Shown here: piece by piece, positions 10,201 through 20,262 of the stretch | Position numbering within the stretch: the stretch's first letter is position 1 | Layout: each line of letters starts with the position of its first letter | NCBI GenBank assembly: GCA_038205015.1 | Contig: JBBRCK010000004.1 | Span: 4,620 to 68,619 of the forward strand | DNA length: 64,000 bases | DNA from: Candidatus Levyibacteriota bacterium | GTDB taxonomy: Bacteria; Patescibacteriota; Microgenomatia; Levybacterales; UBA12049 | Reading direction: 5' to 3' | Program-made: the position numbers and the translations under genes | Notes under the pieces: generated by a model | What the model saw: the letters and a program-made list of their open reading frames with translations, nothing else | What the model was told of the DNA's origin: nothing | Database searches by the model: none

Positions 10201-10667
10201 CGCAACAACCACTTGGTGGAAAAGCACAAATGGGTGGACAAAGATTGGGAGAAATGGAAGTCTGGGCTTTGGAATCTCACAGAGCAAGATATACTTTGCA
10301 GGAAATGTTAACGATTAAATCGGATGATGTGGTTGGAAGAGCAAAGGCTTTTGAGGCAATTGTTAAGGGAACAGATATCCCAACACCAAAAGTTCCGGAG
10401 TCGTTTAAAGTTTTAATTAAGGAATTAAATGCTTTGGGATTGAATGTCGTTCCGGTTGGGGCAACAATATCTGATAAACTGATTGATGCACCGATTGAAA
10501 ATGTTGAAGAAAGAAAAGAAGCTGAGCAAGAAGAAAAAGTAGAAGTAGAAGCCAAAGAAATGCAGAAAGAAATCACCGGTGCAGAAGGAGAGGCAGAAGT
10601 ATCTACCGAAGCAGTACAAGAACCGGGAGTGGAAGTAGTAGAAACGGAGGCAACAAAAAATGAATAA
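7242..10667 (+). CDS. rpoB: DNA-directed RNA polymerase subunit beta
   Basis: 1141 aa, full-length beta subunit homology throughout. Confidence 0.97.
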   Translation: MAKKGNTDTKDDIRINWGKDFSLLPKLDLLEIQKESYKWFLDKGIKQILEEISPIDDFTEKNWTLELKDYRLGKLSSTPDIALSKGVTYDSPLYVNATLTNKKTGATYDQEVFLGDIPQMTDRATFIINGIERAVVNQLVRSPGVFFTATQDNVTGKTLYNAEIRPVHGSWLEFTTTRHETIMVKIDRRRKFLSTTFLRALGISANEEIKHRFQHVEGDGKTSYIENTLLKDETQDSNEALIEIFRKMHPGEPVVLDKVRENFLGTFFNNRRYDLGAVGRYKMNKKLSTIEGFNVPSLETKILTLDDIVGAISFLIKLSQGQYGIDDIDSLANRRVRCVGELVATTAFRIGALRLERSVKERMSLIQPDLPISIGGLINARPIMAAINEFFRTSQLSTILDQTNPLSEVDNLNRLTVMGTGGISRERAAFSIRDINSSQYSRICPIRSPEGPNIGLVTYMALYARVNEFGFLEAPYRRVIHENKGKDEISKASNDIVYLSADDEQKHYVTHSGVLTDSGRIEQERVAARYKGEFIETDRANVEYVDVIPRQVVGSAASLIPFVSHDEANRALMGTHMQCQAVPLIDPSSPVVGTGMENSISQMMGRVIYAPFDGEVTYADANKVILKGKGQKEETTYYIDSFKRTSQATAYTQRTMVTNGQKVKKGDLLIDGPASQLGELALGQNLLIAYMSFDGLGYEDGIVISERLVKDDTLSSIHIEKHEAAVVETKLGPEETTRDIPNVSEEDLANLDEDGVVVIGSEVAPGDILVGKIAPKGETELSAEERLLRAIFGEQAREVRDTSLRMPHGEKGTVVSIHVLDRKKGDELEPGTMRKIIVEVAQLRHVVIGDKLAGRHGNKGVISRILPEVDMPHLADGTAVDIIISPISVLARMNLGQLLEAHLGWAANALGEKIAMPVFEEVNEEKIVSELKRAGLPLDGKATLYDGRTGLAYDNPAVVGIEYVMKLIHMVEDKTHARSTGPYSLVTQQPLGGKAQMGGQRLGEMEVWALESHRARYTLQEMLTIKSDDVVGRAKAFEAIVKGTDIPTPKVPESFKVLIKELNALGLNVVPVGATISDKLIDAPIENVEERKEAEQEEKVEVEAKEMQKEITGAEGEAEVSTEAVQEPGVEVVETEATKNE

Positions 10668-13600
10668 CGACAAAAAAAACAAAGACATAACAATTTTGGA
10701 TTTTAAAGCCTTAAAGCTTTTATTAGCCTCAAAAGAGGATATTATGAATTGGTCTTATGGTGAAGTAACCAAGCCCGAAACTATTAATTATAGAACTTTA
10801 AGGCCAGAAAAAGACGGACTTTTTGATGAAAGAATTTTTGGACCAACCAAAGACTGGGAATGTTATTGCGGAAAATATAAAAGAATCAGAAACAGAGGAA
10901 TAATCTGTGACAAATGCGGTGTTGAAGTTACACTTTCAAGAGTAAGAAGAGAGAGAATGGGCCATATCGCCTTATCTGCTCCCGTATCACACGTTTGGTT
11001 CTTTAAAGGTTCATCTTCGGCACTCTCTTTAATTTTGGACATGTCTCAAAAAAGCTTGGAGGGCGTAATTTATTATGCTTCATATTTAGTTACGGATATG
11101 GACGAAGAAAAGAAAAAGCTAAGTTTAGAAACGCTACTTAAAACAATTGAAAAAAGAAAAGAACAGCTTAAAAAAGACGTTGATGCGGAGCAAAAATTAC
11201 TCGATAAAGAAAATGTAGAGAAGAAAAAAGATACCTCTAGATCTAAGGTAAAAGGTGAGCAAAAAGAATTAATCGAACAGGAATTTGAGCTTGCAAAAAG
11301 ACAAAAAACAGCAAGACTGGAGGAAAGACTTGATGCCGAGAATAAGAAAATGGATGAAATTGCCGATGCCCTTTCCAAACTTATTAAAAGTTTGAAAATC
11401 GGAAGCGTTTTATCGGAAGATGAATACTTTAAAATTTTGGAATACGATATACCAATTTTCTTCACCATAAAAACCGGAGCAGAAGGTCTTTTGGAGCTTG
11501 TCCAAAAAATCGATATCGCTCAATTAATCGTCTTATTAAGAGAAGAAACTGCAAAATCAAAAGGACAAAGATATTTTAAATTAATCAAAAGATTAAGGTT
11601 GTTAGAAGCAATGCGTAAGGCCGGCATTAGTCCTGCTTCCATGGTTATGACAGTTCTTCCGGTTATTCCTCCAGATTTAAGACCAATGGTTCAGTTGGCA
11701 GGTGGAAGATTTGCAACATCAGACTTAAACGATTTATATAGAAGAGTTATCAATAGAAATAACAGATTAAAGCATTTAATTTCTTTAGGAGCGCCGGAAA
11801 TAATTTTAAGAAACGAAAAAAGAATGCTCCAGGAGTCCGTTGATTCCTTAATCGATGCATCTCAAAGAACTTCTCAGGTTGTTCAATCACCGCTTAGAAG
11901 TCTCTCTGACATGTTAAGAGGAAAACAGGGAAGATTTAGACAAAATTTACTTGGAAAAAGAGTTGATTATTCAGGAAGAAGCGTAATTGTTGTTGGGCCT
12001 GAACTTAATTTGTCTCAATGTGGACTTCCAAAAGAAATGGCTTTGGAAATGTTTAAGCCATTTGTGCTAAGAGAAGTTATAGTTAGAGGATATGCTCCAA
12101 ATATCAAATCAGCTAAAAGATTTATCGAAAAGAGAAGCCCAGAAGTATTTGATATCTTGGAAGAAATCACCAAAAACCATCCGGTTCTTTTAAACCGCGC
12201 TCCCACACTACACAAGCTTGGAATTCAGGCGTTTTATCCGGTTTTGATTGAAGGAAGTGCGATTGCACTTCATCCTTGTGTTTGTGCAGGATATAATGCT
12301 GATTTTGACGGAGACCAAATGGCAGTTCATATCCCACTCTCACAAAAAGCCCAGGAAGAAGCAACGACCTTGATGATGCCAAGACATAATTTATTAAAAC
12401 CGGCCGATGGTAGTCCAATTACTCTTCCAAACAAGGAAATGGCAGTTGGAATTTTCTATCTTACAACAGTTGATGAAACTTCCAGAAAAGAAGAGCTCCC
12501 AAGCTTTATGCATTTAAATGAAGCATTTTTAGCTTTTTCTTTGGAAAAAATAAAATTAAGAGAACCAGTTAATGTAAAAATAAACGGCGAAATAGTTGAA
12601 TCCACGGTTGGAAGATTAATGTTTAATGAAAAATTACCCGAAGGATATAGTTTTATGAATGAGCCGATTAAGGCTTCGGGAATTAAGAAAATTATTACAA
12701 TTTCAATCAAGAAATATACTTCAGAAGAAGTTGAAAAATTAATAGATAATATTAAATCTTTAGGATTTTATGGTTCAACAATTTCAGGAATTTCAGTTTC
12801 TGTTTTTGATAACACTATGGTTCCGGAAAAAAATGGCTTAATTGTAGAAGCGGAGAAAAAAGTCGCCGGAGTAGAAAGTGATTATCAAGAGGGTCTTATT
12901 ACCAATGATGAGAAGAAAAGACTTTCAAACGAAATTTGGTTAGCAGTAACAAATCATATTGCAGATTTAACTTGGAATAATTTACAACCACAAAGTGTTA
13001 TCAGAACGATTATTGATTCAGAAGGTGCAAGAGCCGGAAAAGAACAATTAAAGCAGTTATCAGCCATGAGAGGTCTTATTTTAGATCCACTTGGAAAGAT
13101 TGTCGAACTTCCAATTAAATCAAACTTTAGAGAAGGACTTTCAATTTTTGAATACGTATCATCCGCCAGAGGTTCAAGAAAGGGTTTAACCGACTCAGCT
13201 TTAAAAACTGCTAACGCAGGATATCTAACCAGAAGATTGGTTGACGTATCACACGATGTAATAATTAGAGCTGACGATTGTGGTACTAATGAAGGAATTT
13301 TAATCTCGCAAGCCGATCCATCAAGAACAGCTGCTTTTGCAGATAGAATTTTGGGAAGATATGCAGCAGAGAAAATAGTTTCCAAAAAAACAAAGAAAGA
13401 AATTGTTAAAGCAAGCGATGAAATAACCGAAGACAAAGTTAAGTTAATTGTTGCAGAAGAAGTAACAGAAGCAGTTGTCAGAAGTGCAATTACTTGTAAA
13501 TTAGAATATGGACTTTGTGCAAAATGTTATGGTTGGGATTTCTCTACAAAAACAACCGTTAACTCAGGCGTTCCGGTCGGAGTAATCGCTGCGCAGTCAA

Positions 13601-14373
13601 TCGGAGAACCGGGAACACAGCTTACTATGCGTGTTAAGCATTTTGGAGGAGTCGTAATGTCAGACGTTACCCAAGGTTTGCCAAGAGTCGAAGAGCTTTT
13701 TGAAATGAGAACTCCAAAAAGTTTATCACCAATCTCTGAAATTTCAGGAAAAGTAACCATTGAAACAGGTGAAGACGGATATATTGTAAAAGTTAAAAGT
13801 TCAAGAGTAAAGCCGGCGGATGAAAGAGAATATTTTGTACCATTGGCTGCAACGCTTAATGTAAAAGACGGTGATGATATCTCATCCGGAGCTCAAATTG
13901 CCCAGGGATATCTAGATCCTAAAGAGGTAATTAAAATAAAAGGTTTAGTTGACGGACAAAGATATATCATTACCGAAGCTCAAAGAGTTTATGAATCACA
14001 GGGTATTGGGATAAACGATAAGCATTTCGAAGTAATTTTAAGAAAAATGTCAGACAAAGTTATCGTTGAAACCGTTGGAGATACGTCCTTTATTCCGGGA
14101 GATTTTGTTTCTCAGGCCAGATTTGAACAGGAAAATGCAGGCGTATTATCTCAAGGTGGAGAGCCGGCAACAGCAAGACAAACGATTTTGGGAATCACAA
14201 AGTCTTCACTTTTCTCTGATTCATGGCTTAGTGCATCATCTTTTCAGGAAACCACAAAAGTTTTAACTGAAGCGGCTTTAGAGGGAGCAGAAGACAGGTT
14301 GGTAGGTCTTAAGGAAAACGTAATTATCGGAAGACTTATTCCTGTTGAGGGAAATACCCCCGAAGCAGTATAA
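10660..14373 (+). CDS. rpoC: DNA-directed RNA polymerase subunit beta'
   Basis: 1237 aa; Zn-finger [27 protein letters not shown] catalytic motif; 8-nt overlap with rpoB; enlarged K/E-rich insertion approx aa 140-330. Confidence 0.97.
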   Translation: MNNDKKNKDITILDFKALKLLLASKEDIMNWSYGEVTKPETINYRTLRPEKDGLFDERIFGPTKDWECYCGKYKRIRNRGIICDKCGVEVTLSRVRRERMGHIALSAPVSHVWFFKGSSSALSLILDMSQKSLEGVIYYASYLVTDMDEEKKKLSLETLLKTIEKRKEQLKKDVDAEQKLLDKENVEKKKDTSRSKVKGEQKELIEQEFELAKRQKTARLEERLDAENKKMDEIADALSKLIKSLKIGSVLSEDEYFKILEYDIPIFFTIKTGAEGLLELVQKIDIAQLIVLLREETAKSKGQRYFKLIKRLRLLEAMRKAGISPASMVMTVLPVIPPDLRPMVQLAGGRFATSDLNDLYRRVINRNNRLKHLISLGAPEIILRNEKRMLQESVDSLIDASQRTSQVVQSPLRSLSDMLRGKQGRFRQNLLGKRVDYSGRSVIVVGPELNLSQCGLPKEMALEMFKPFVLREVIVRGYAPNIKSAKRFIEKRSPEVFDILEEITKNHPVLLNRAPTLHKLGIQAFYPVLIEGSAIALHPCVCAGYNADFDGDQMAVHIPLSQKAQEEATTLMMPRHNLLKPADGSPITLPNKEMAVGIFYLTTVDETSRKEELPSFMHLNEAFLAFSLEKIKLREPVNVKINGEIVESTVGRLMFNEKLPEGYSFMNEPIKASGIKKIITISIKKYTSEEVEKLIDNIKSLGFYGSTISGISVSVFDNTMVPEKNGLIVEAEKKVAGVESDYQEGLITNDEKKRLSNEIWLAVTNHIADLTWNNLQPQSVIRTIIDSEGARAGKEQLKQLSAMRGLILDPLGKIVELPIKSNFREGLSIFEYVSSARGSRKGLTDSALKTANAGYLTRRLVDVSHDVIIRADDCGTNEGILISQADPSRTAAFADRILGRYAAEKIVSKKTKKEIVKASDEITEDKVKLIVAEEVTEAVVRSAITCKLEYGLCAKCYGWDFSTKTTVNSGVPVGVIAAQSIGEPGTQLTMRVKHFGGVVMSDVTQGLPRVEELFEMRTPKSLSPISEISGKVTIETGEDGYIVKVKSSRVKPADEREYFVPLAATLNVKDGDDISSGAQIAQGYLDPKEVIKIKGLVDGQRYIITEAQRVYESQGIGINDKHFEVILRKMSDKVIVETVGDTSFIPGDFVSQARFEQENAGVLSQGGEPATARQTILGITKSSLFSDSWLSASSFQETTKVLTEAALEGAEDRLVGLKENVIIGRLIPVEGNTPEAV

Positions 14374-14383
14374 TCTAAAACAT

Positions 14384-14857
14384 ATGCCAACACTTAATCA
14401 GCTTGCCAAAAGAGGCAGACATAAAAAACAAAAGAAAGTTAAAGCAACCGCCTTACGGCGTATTTTTAATGCTAAAGACAGAGTTTATAAAAATATTGAA
14501 GCTCCGCAAAAAAGAGGAGTTGTCACTTTGGTTAAAACAATGACTCCTAAAAAACCAAATTCGGCTCTTCGAAAAGTTGCCAGAGTTAGACTTTCCAACA
14601 GAAACGAAGTTACAGCCTATATTCAAGGAGTCGGACATTCATTATCTGAACACGGAATCGTTTTAGTAAGAGGTGGTAGAGTTAAGGATTTGCCGGGTGT
14701 TAAATATCATATTGTCAGAGGCAAATTTGACTTGCAGGGGGTTGAAGGAAGAAAATCATCAAGAAGCAAATACGGAGTTAAAAAATCCGGAGGACCAATG
14801 AAAGTTGCGGGGTCGCCTCAAGCAGCTCAACCGGTAGAAGCTCCGGCAGAAGGATAA
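14384..14857 (+). CDS. rpsL: 30S ribosomal protein S12 (with ~20 aa C-terminal extension)
   Basis: Conserved start MPTLNQL...; ORF-track start at 14345 is an upstream extension. Confidence 0.93.
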   Translation: MPTLNQLAKRGRHKKQKKVKATALRRIFNAKDRVYKNIEAPQKRGVVTLVKTMTPKKPNSALRKVARVRLSNRNEVTAYIQGVGHSLSEHGIVLVRGGRVKDLPGVKYHIVRGKFDLQGVEGRKSSRSKYGVKKSGGPMKVAGSPQAAQPVEAPAEG

Positions 14858-14860
14858 AGT

Positions 14861-15334
14861 ATGGCAAGACATAAAAAAACAGTAAAAAGACAAACAGTAG
14901 ATGATAAAATATACCAAAGCAAACTTGTGGCAAAGTTTATTAATAGGTTAATGAAAGATGGCAAAAAAACGGTTGCCGAAAAAGTTTTTTACCAGAGCTT
15001 TGAGCTTCTAAAAAAAGACGGAGATCCACTTCAGATTTTTGAAACAGCAATAAATAATGTGGGACCAAAAACAGAAGTTAAATCAAAAAGAGTTGGAGGA
15101 GCCAATTATCAGGTTCCTCAAGAAGTAAGAGGAGACAGAAGAGTTGCTTTAGCAATCAGATGGATTGTAGAAGCAGCCAGAGCAAGAAGTAATTCAGAAT
15201 TTAAAACATTTTCCGAAAAATTAGCAGTGGAATTTAAAGATGCTGCTAAAAATGAAGGCGCAGCAGTAAAGAAAAGAGATACGGTTCTCCGCATGGCAGA
15301 GGCGAACAGAGCTTTCTCGCATTTCAGGTTCTAA
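14861..15334 (+). CDS. rpsG: 30S ribosomal protein S7
   Basis: 157 aa, S7 family sequence. Confidence 0.95.
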   Translation: MARHKKTVKRQTVDDKIYQSKLVAKFINRLMKDGKKTVAEKVFYQSFELLKKDGDPLQIFETAINNVGPKTEVKSKRVGGANYQVPQEVRGDRRVALAIRWIVEAARARSNSEFKTFSEKLAVEFKDAAKNEGAAVKKRDTVLRMAEANRAFSHFRF

Positions 15335-15376
15335 ATTCCCTTGAAATAAGATAGAATTTAAAGTAAGTATTTTTTT

Positions 15377-17479
15377 ATGGCAGAAGATAGATTAAAAACA
15401 TTAGATAAAGTAAGAAATATTGGCATTATTGCCCATATTGACGCGGGAAAAACCACTACCACCGAGAGAATCCTTTTTTATACCGGAAAAACCTACAAAA
15501 TTGGAGACATTGATGAAGGAAATACACAGATGGACTGGATGGAGCAGGAAAAAGAAAGAGGGATTACAATTGTTAGTGCCGCCACAACCGCGTTTTGGAA
15601 GGACTACAGAATAAATATTATCGACACTCCCGGACACGTTGATTTTACCGCAGAAGTAGAACGTTCACTTCGTGTATTAGATGGTGGTATTACTGTTTTA
15701 GACGCAGAAGAGGGAGTTCAATCTCAGTCAGAAACAGTTTGGAGACAGGCGGATAAATATAAAGTTCCAAGACTTTGTTTTGTAAATAAAATGGATAAAT
15801 TAGGAGCAGATTTTTTGCATACCGTAAAAACCATTGAAGACAGACTCGGTGCAAATCCTTTAATCATGGTTTTGCCAATTGGAGCAGAAAATACTTTTAA
15901 AGGCATTTTCCATTTAATGGATATGAAATCATATGTTTGGGATGGAGAAGACTTAGGAGCAAAATTTGAAGTTAACGATGAAGTTCCGGAGGATATGAAG
16001 GCCCAAATTGAAGAATATAGACATAAACTGATTGAAAAAATTGCCGAAACAGATGACGTTTTAACTGAAAAATATTTAAATGGGCAAGAAATTACAAACG
16101 AAGAATTAAAAGTTGCTTTAAGAAAAGCGGTTATTGCTTATAAATTAGTTCCAATTTTTGCAGGCTCATCTCTTAGAAACAAAGGCGTTCAGCCACTTTT
16201 AGACGCGGTTATTGATTACCTACCATCACCTTTGGATGTTGGAGAAATTATTGGAATTAATCCTAAAACTGGGGAAGAAGTTAAAAGAAAGCCTGATGCA
16301 CATGAACCCTTGGCGGGTTTATCTTTTAAAATTCAAATTGACCCGCACGTTGGAAAATTAACTTATTACCGGGTTTATTCGGGAACAATTACGGCCGGTT
16401 CTTATATTTATAACAGTTCAAAAAATAATACTGAAAGAGTCGGACGTATTCTTTTAATGCACGCAAATCACAGGGAAGAAATAAAGGAAGCATATGCCGG
16501 AGAAATAGTTGCTTTGGTTGGGTTAAAAGATACCGGGACAGGCGATACTCTTTGTGTCGACAGTGCACCGATAATTTTGGAACAGATTACTTTCCCGGAG
16601 CCGGTTATTTCTTTAGCAATTGAACCAAAAACCAAAGCAGATCAGGAAAAATTAGGACTTGCTCTTAAAAGACTTTCCGAAGAAGACCCAACTTTTTCTA
16701 TTAAAACAAATCATGAGACAAACCAAACTATAATTTCAGGAATGGGAGAACTTCAGTTAGAGGTAATGGTTGATAGGATGAGGCGTGAATTTGGTGTCTT
16801 GGCAAACGTTGGAGCACCACAGGTTGCATATAAGGAGACAATTAAGTTGGAAGCAGAAGGGGAAGGAAAATATATTAGACAATCCGGAGGACGCGGGCAA
16901 TACGGTCATTGCTGGTTAAGAATTAAACCAAAGCCAAGAGGAGAAGGTTTTGAATTTATAGATGCTATTAAGGGTGGAGCTATTCCGTCAGAATTTATTA
17001 AAGCAATTGAAAAAGGTGTTAAGGAAACCTTGGATAACGGAATATTGCTTGGATATCCGGTTGTTGATATGGAAGTAACTGTTTACGATGGTTCTTTCCA
17101 TGATGTTGATTCTTCGGAAGTTGCCTTTAAAATTGCTGCTTCTAAAGCTTTGCAAGCCGGTTCTAAAAAAGCCGATATGACACTTTTAGAGCCGATTATG
17201 AAAGTTGAAGTTACAACTCCAAGTGAATTTATGGGAGATGTAATTGGTGACTTATCGGCAAAAAGAGCTCAGATTATGGGAACCGAAGAAAGAGGAAAGG
17301 CAACAATAGTTTTAGCAATGGTTCCTTTGGCTGAGCTTTCCGGTTATTCAACTACCATTAGGTCTATGTCACAGGGACGCGCTTCTTATTATATGGAGCC
17401 TTCTCATTATGAAGATGTCCCACGAAATATTGTTGAAGCTATGCTTGCTAAATCCACCTTCACTGGAAGAGTTGAATAA
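15377..17479 (+). CDS. fusA: elongation factor G
   Basis: 700 aa; [18 protein letters not shown]-domain motifs. Confidence 0.97.
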   Translation: MAEDRLKTLDKVRNIGIIAHIDAGKTTTTERILFYTGKTYKIGDIDEGNTQMDWMEQEKERGITIVSAATTAFWKDYRINIIDTPGHVDFTAEVERSLRVLDGGITVLDAEEGVQSQSETVWRQADKYKVPRLCFVNKMDKLGADFLHTVKTIEDRLGANPLIMVLPIGAENTFKGIFHLMDMKSYVWDGEDLGAKFEVNDEVPEDMKAQIEEYRHKLIEKIAETDDVLTEKYLNGQEITNEELKVALRKAVIAYKLVPIFAGSSLRNKGVQPLLDAVIDYLPSPLDVGEIIGINPKTGEEVKRKPDAHEPLAGLSFKIQIDPHVGKLTYYRVYSGTITAGSYIYNSSKNNTERVGRILLMHANHREEIKEAYAGEIVALVGLKDTGTGDTLCVDSAPIILEQITFPEPVISLAIEPKTKADQEKLGLALKRLSEEDPTFSIKTNHETNQTIISGMGELQLEVMVDRMRREFGVLANVGAPQVAYKETIKLEAEGEGKYIRQSGGRGQYGHCWLRIKPKPRGEGFEFIDAIKGGAIPSEFIKAIEKGVKETLDNGILLGYPVVDMEVTVYDGSFHDVDSSEVAFKIAASKALQAGSKKADMTLLEPIMKVEVTTPSEFMGDVIGDLSAKRAQIMGTEERGKATIVLAMVPLAELSGYSTTIRSMSQGRASYYMEPSHYEDVPRNIVEAMLAKSTFTGRVE

Positions 17480-17751
17480 TGCGACTAGAAATTAAGATAG
17501 AAGACCCACAACTAGCTTTCAATCGTGTCTCTCAAGAATTAAGAGAAGTCGGCGATATTGCCTTAGGCTCCGGAGCAAATTCGGGAGATATAAAAAGATA
17601 TAACCAGCTTCATGAACAGGTTAGGCGAAAGCATCCCGATGGAACAATCGGTCACCTTGGTCTTAAAAGAGAAATTGTTATCTTTACTGGCGAACATGAG
17701 CTATCGTTCGCAATACCTTCTAAAAAAATTCCCTTTAGGTTAAAACCTTGA
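17479..17751 (+). CDS. hypothetical protein, start overlaps fusA stop (TAATG)
   Basis: 90 aa ORF, start codon overlaps fusA stop by 1 nt; no recognised domain. Confidence 0.4.
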   Translation: MRLEIKIEDPQLAFNRVSQELREVGDIALGSGANSGDIKRYNQLHEQVRRKHPDGTIGHLGLKREIVIFTGEHELSFAIPSKKIPFRLKP

Positions 17752-17770
17752 ATTTTGCTATAATTTTAAA

Positions 17771-18220
17771 ATGACAGTTCATTTTATTTGCCGCGGAAAT
17801 ACTTATCGAAGTAGGCTGGCTGAAACTTATTTAAATTCTAAAAAATTATCCAATATAAGTGTTTTTTCAAGTGGAATAGAAGCAAATAGAAATCTTTCTG
17901 GACCAGTTACTTGGTGGGCTCAAAGGATAATTCAAAATGAAAACTTGCAGGATTTTGAAAGTTTTAGGTGGCAGCAAGCTACTAATGAATTAGTAACAAA
18001 AGCAGATTTTACGATTTTTATGAATTCCGACATTTTTGACTTTTGCGTGAGTAGCTTAAGTTTTAATGCAGAGAATTATGAAGTTTGGAATATTGAGGAT
18101 TTGGAAGAGGTTGGAATTTCGACAGAGGAAGTTATTAGGAGATCAGAGGTTGTGTTTTCTAAAATTATTAAAAAGACGGAAGAGTTAATTGTTCGTCTTC
18201 AGAGGGAAAAATTTGTCTAG
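17771..18220 (+). CDS. low-molecular-weight phosphotyrosine phosphatase / ArsC-like protein (variant P-loop)
   Basis: N-terminal VHFICRGNTYRSRLAE = CX5R(S) P-loop of LMW-PTP/ArsC family; second conserved Cys replaced by Tyr. Confidence 0.55.
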   Translation: MTVHFICRGNTYRSRLAETYLNSKKLSNISVFSSGIEANRNLSGPVTWWAQRIIQNENLQDFESFRWQQATNELVTKADFTIFMNSDIFDFCVSSLSFNAENYEVWNIEDLEEVGISTEEVIRRSEVVFSKIIKKTEELIVRLQREKFV

Positions 18221-18890
18221 TTTCTTCTTTTGCTGCTAGTTTATCCCTATATTTTTCCGGGCTTTGGGTAAAATCTTTTACTGCTTTTTCTCTTTTTGCC
18301 TTAAGAATTCTTTGAAGTTGAGGGTAAAAACTGTCCGTAAGAATCTCCTCAGGTGTTTTTTCTACAGCATCCTGTTCGCCTCCATTTATCAGTATTGTAT
18401 TATTATCAATAAGCCATCTTTGGGTTTGTTTATCTTTTTCTTCATCGCTTGAATTATTCCATGCGTCGGAAGCTTCTTTTCTTGTTCTTATCCACGGTCC
18501 TATTAGCTGGCCGGTTGTTTCGCCGGTAATAAGTTCTTCCCGTATTTTATGCTTATAGGCTTTAATACCTAGCTTGCTTGATTTAACTTCTACTTTCAAA
18601 ACTGTTCCGTCAATTAAAGTCATTGTTAGGTCATTATTTGGTGTATATAAGGGATTTTTAGTTACCGATCTAACGATATCTGTTTGGGATGCAATAATTT
18701 CTTGAACTCTTGTTTCAACGGCTTCTCCTCTGTCGGTCCAAAGACTTTCCGGTACGTTTCCATTTTCCTGTCGCATAGCTTTTATTGTTCTTCTAAGGAG
18801 GTGGTGGGGAATTTCATAAGGTGGAAGGGCATGAAGCTGCGGGGTTGTACCGTCAATTGATCCAGGAGCAATTATTAACGCTTCTGTCAT
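18168..18890 (-). CDS. hypothetical protein
   Basis: 240 aa charged ORF; 53-nt convergent overlap with preceding gene; no motif recognised. Confidence 0.4.
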   Translation of the reverse strand: MTEALIIAPGSIDGTTPQLHALPPYEIPHHLLRRTIKAMRQENGNVPESLWTDRGEAVETRVQEIIASQTDIVRSVTKNPLYTPNNDLTMTLIDGTVLKVEVKSSKLGIKAYKHKIREELITGETTGQLIGPWIRTRKEASDAWNNSSDEEKDKQTQRWLIDNNTILINGGEQDAVEKTPEEILTDSFYPQLQRILKAKREKAVKDFTQSPEKYRDKLAAKEETRQIFPSEDEQLTLPSF

Positions 18891-18960
18891 CTAAATTTAT
18901 TGTCAATTAATAAAAATATTTTGTCAATAAGAAAAATCTAAAGTGATATAATATTAGTCA

Positions 18961-19341
18961 ATGAAGAGTTTAAAATACGCAATTTCTTATGGTTTTTTAG
19001 TTTGGCTTTTGCCTTTTGTATTTTCGGTTTTAATATTTTTCTTGCACGAAGCTCAGCGTTCCCTTTTTGAATCGTTAATGGGTGTTTTTGGAGTTTTAAT
19101 GGCCGTTATTTTTACAAATCTGTATTTTAGAAAAGTGGAAATTAGCTTAAGAGAAGGGATATTCTTAGGAATAGTGTGGGTAATAATTAGTTTTTCTTTT
19201 GATTTCTTGTTTTTTATTGTCGGTCCGGCGAGAATGAGTATTCCTGATTATATAAAAGATATCGGTGTTTCCTATCTAGCTATTCCAATAATTACTGTTG
19301 GATTCTCTTTTCTTCGAAGCGGTGTTAAGGATAAGGAGTAG
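18961..19341 (+). CDS. small integral membrane protein
   Basis: 126 aa with 3-4 hydrophobic helices. Confidence 0.45.
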   Translation: MKSLKYAISYGFLVWLLPFVFSVLIFFLHEAQRSLFESLMGVFGVLMAVIFTNLYFRKVEISLREGIFLGIVWVIISFSFDFLFFIVGPARMSIPDYIKDIGVSYLAIPIITVGFSFLRSGVKDKE

Positions 19342-19342
19342 T

Positions 19343-19861
19343 TTAGAACATATCGTCAATACCAAGTCCCCTTTGATTTTCGCCATTTTGCCTATGTCCT
19401 TCTAAGAATCTGTTAGTTAATGCCAGAGGAATTTGTGTTTCCCCGATACTGATAAGATCCACAAGACTTAGGCCCCCAAGTTGAACTTCGTCTTTTTTAG
19501 TTAAAACTTTTTCTTTAGCGTTAAAGTCATCCCCATATTGATCATCTAAAGTTAGGGTAATAGCAAATAATGCTTCAATTCTTGGCATCATTTTTTCTAG
19601 GGATTGCCATGGAAGACCTTTTTGAATATATCTTCTGATTTGGTCGGGTGTTCTCCCAAGATAATCTCCTAATCTTACGTGGTCCCAATGCCCAAGTGAC
19701 CACTCAATTCCTGATAACATAGACTTACTAGTTCTATTGGGATAATCGTTAAGTTTACTAAGTATATTATCTGCCTCTGTAGATAAAGGTATGCCACGAT
19801 CTCTATCGGAGAGCGGTAAGCGTCCAAGTATTTTTCTGGTTTCTCTTTCAACTCTTGCCAT
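19343..19861 (-). CDS. hypothetical protein, possible HTH DNA-binding
   Basis: 172 aa; segment RLGDYLGRTPDQIRRYIQKGL resembles helix-turn-helix. Confidence 0.35.
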   Translation of the reverse strand: MARVERETRKILGRLPLSDRDRGIPLSTEADNILSKLNDYPNRTSKSMLSGIEWSLGHWDHVRLGDYLGRTPDQIRRYIQKGLPWQSLEKMMPRIEALFAITLTLDDQYGDDFNAKEKVLTKKDEVQLGGLSLVDLISIGETQIPLALTNRFLEGHRQNGENQRGLGIDDMF

Positions 19862-19950
19862 AATAGATGTATTATAGGATAAAATTATCTATTTTTCAAA
19901 TATTGTATACTATTTATTAGTATTAAAAAAAAATTTAGGTGGTGATTTGA

Positions 19951-20166
19951 ATGTATTATAATTTTTCTTGTCCAAAATGCGATCAGATACTAACAGACTT
20001 TGAAGGAAGTATAGATCAAGCTTATGATGCAAATCTTAAACTTGACGATATGTTAAAGCAGCATTATAGCCAAATGCATACACAGGGAGATCAGGTAATG
20101 ACTGACGAAGAACTGCAATACGCGGTAAAAACCGGAATGAAATCATCTGATGAAAAACCATATTAA
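19951..20166 (+). CDS. small acidic protein with N-terminal CxxC
   Basis: 71 aa; SD-like AGGTGGTGAT 6 nt upstream; single CPKC motif. Confidence 0.35.
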   Translation: MYYNFSCPKCDQILTDFEGSIDQAYDANLKLDDMLKQHYSQMHTQGDQVMTDEELQYAVKTGMKSSDEKPY

Positions 20167-20237
20167 TAACAAATGTTTATTAATATTGGTTATTTTTGAC
20201 ACTTGACGGATTTTCTAAAGTATAGTATATTAAGTTC

Positions 20238-20262
20238 AACCTTATCAAAGGTTGTTTTTTTT
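20238..20262 (+). terminator. hairpin AACCTT-ATCA-AAGGTT + T8, 9 nt upstream of tuf ATG
   Basis: Perfect 6-bp stem, 4-nt loop, 8 T run. Confidence 0.5.

Noticed and set aside
10277-10693. 138-aa and 87-aa minus-strand ORFs at the rpoB/rpoC junction
   Set aside because: Antisense shadow ORFs inside highly conserved rpoB/rpoC coding sequence; low-complexity Ser/Phe-rich translation
11073-11468. 131-aa Ser-rich minus-strand ORF
   Set aside because: Antisense of the Lys/Glu-rich (AAG/GAA-rich) rpoC insertion; the reverse complement yields an artefactual Ser/Phe-rich ORF
12954-13436. 160-aa minus-strand ORF inside rpoC
   Set aside because: Shadow ORF opposite conserved beta' sequence
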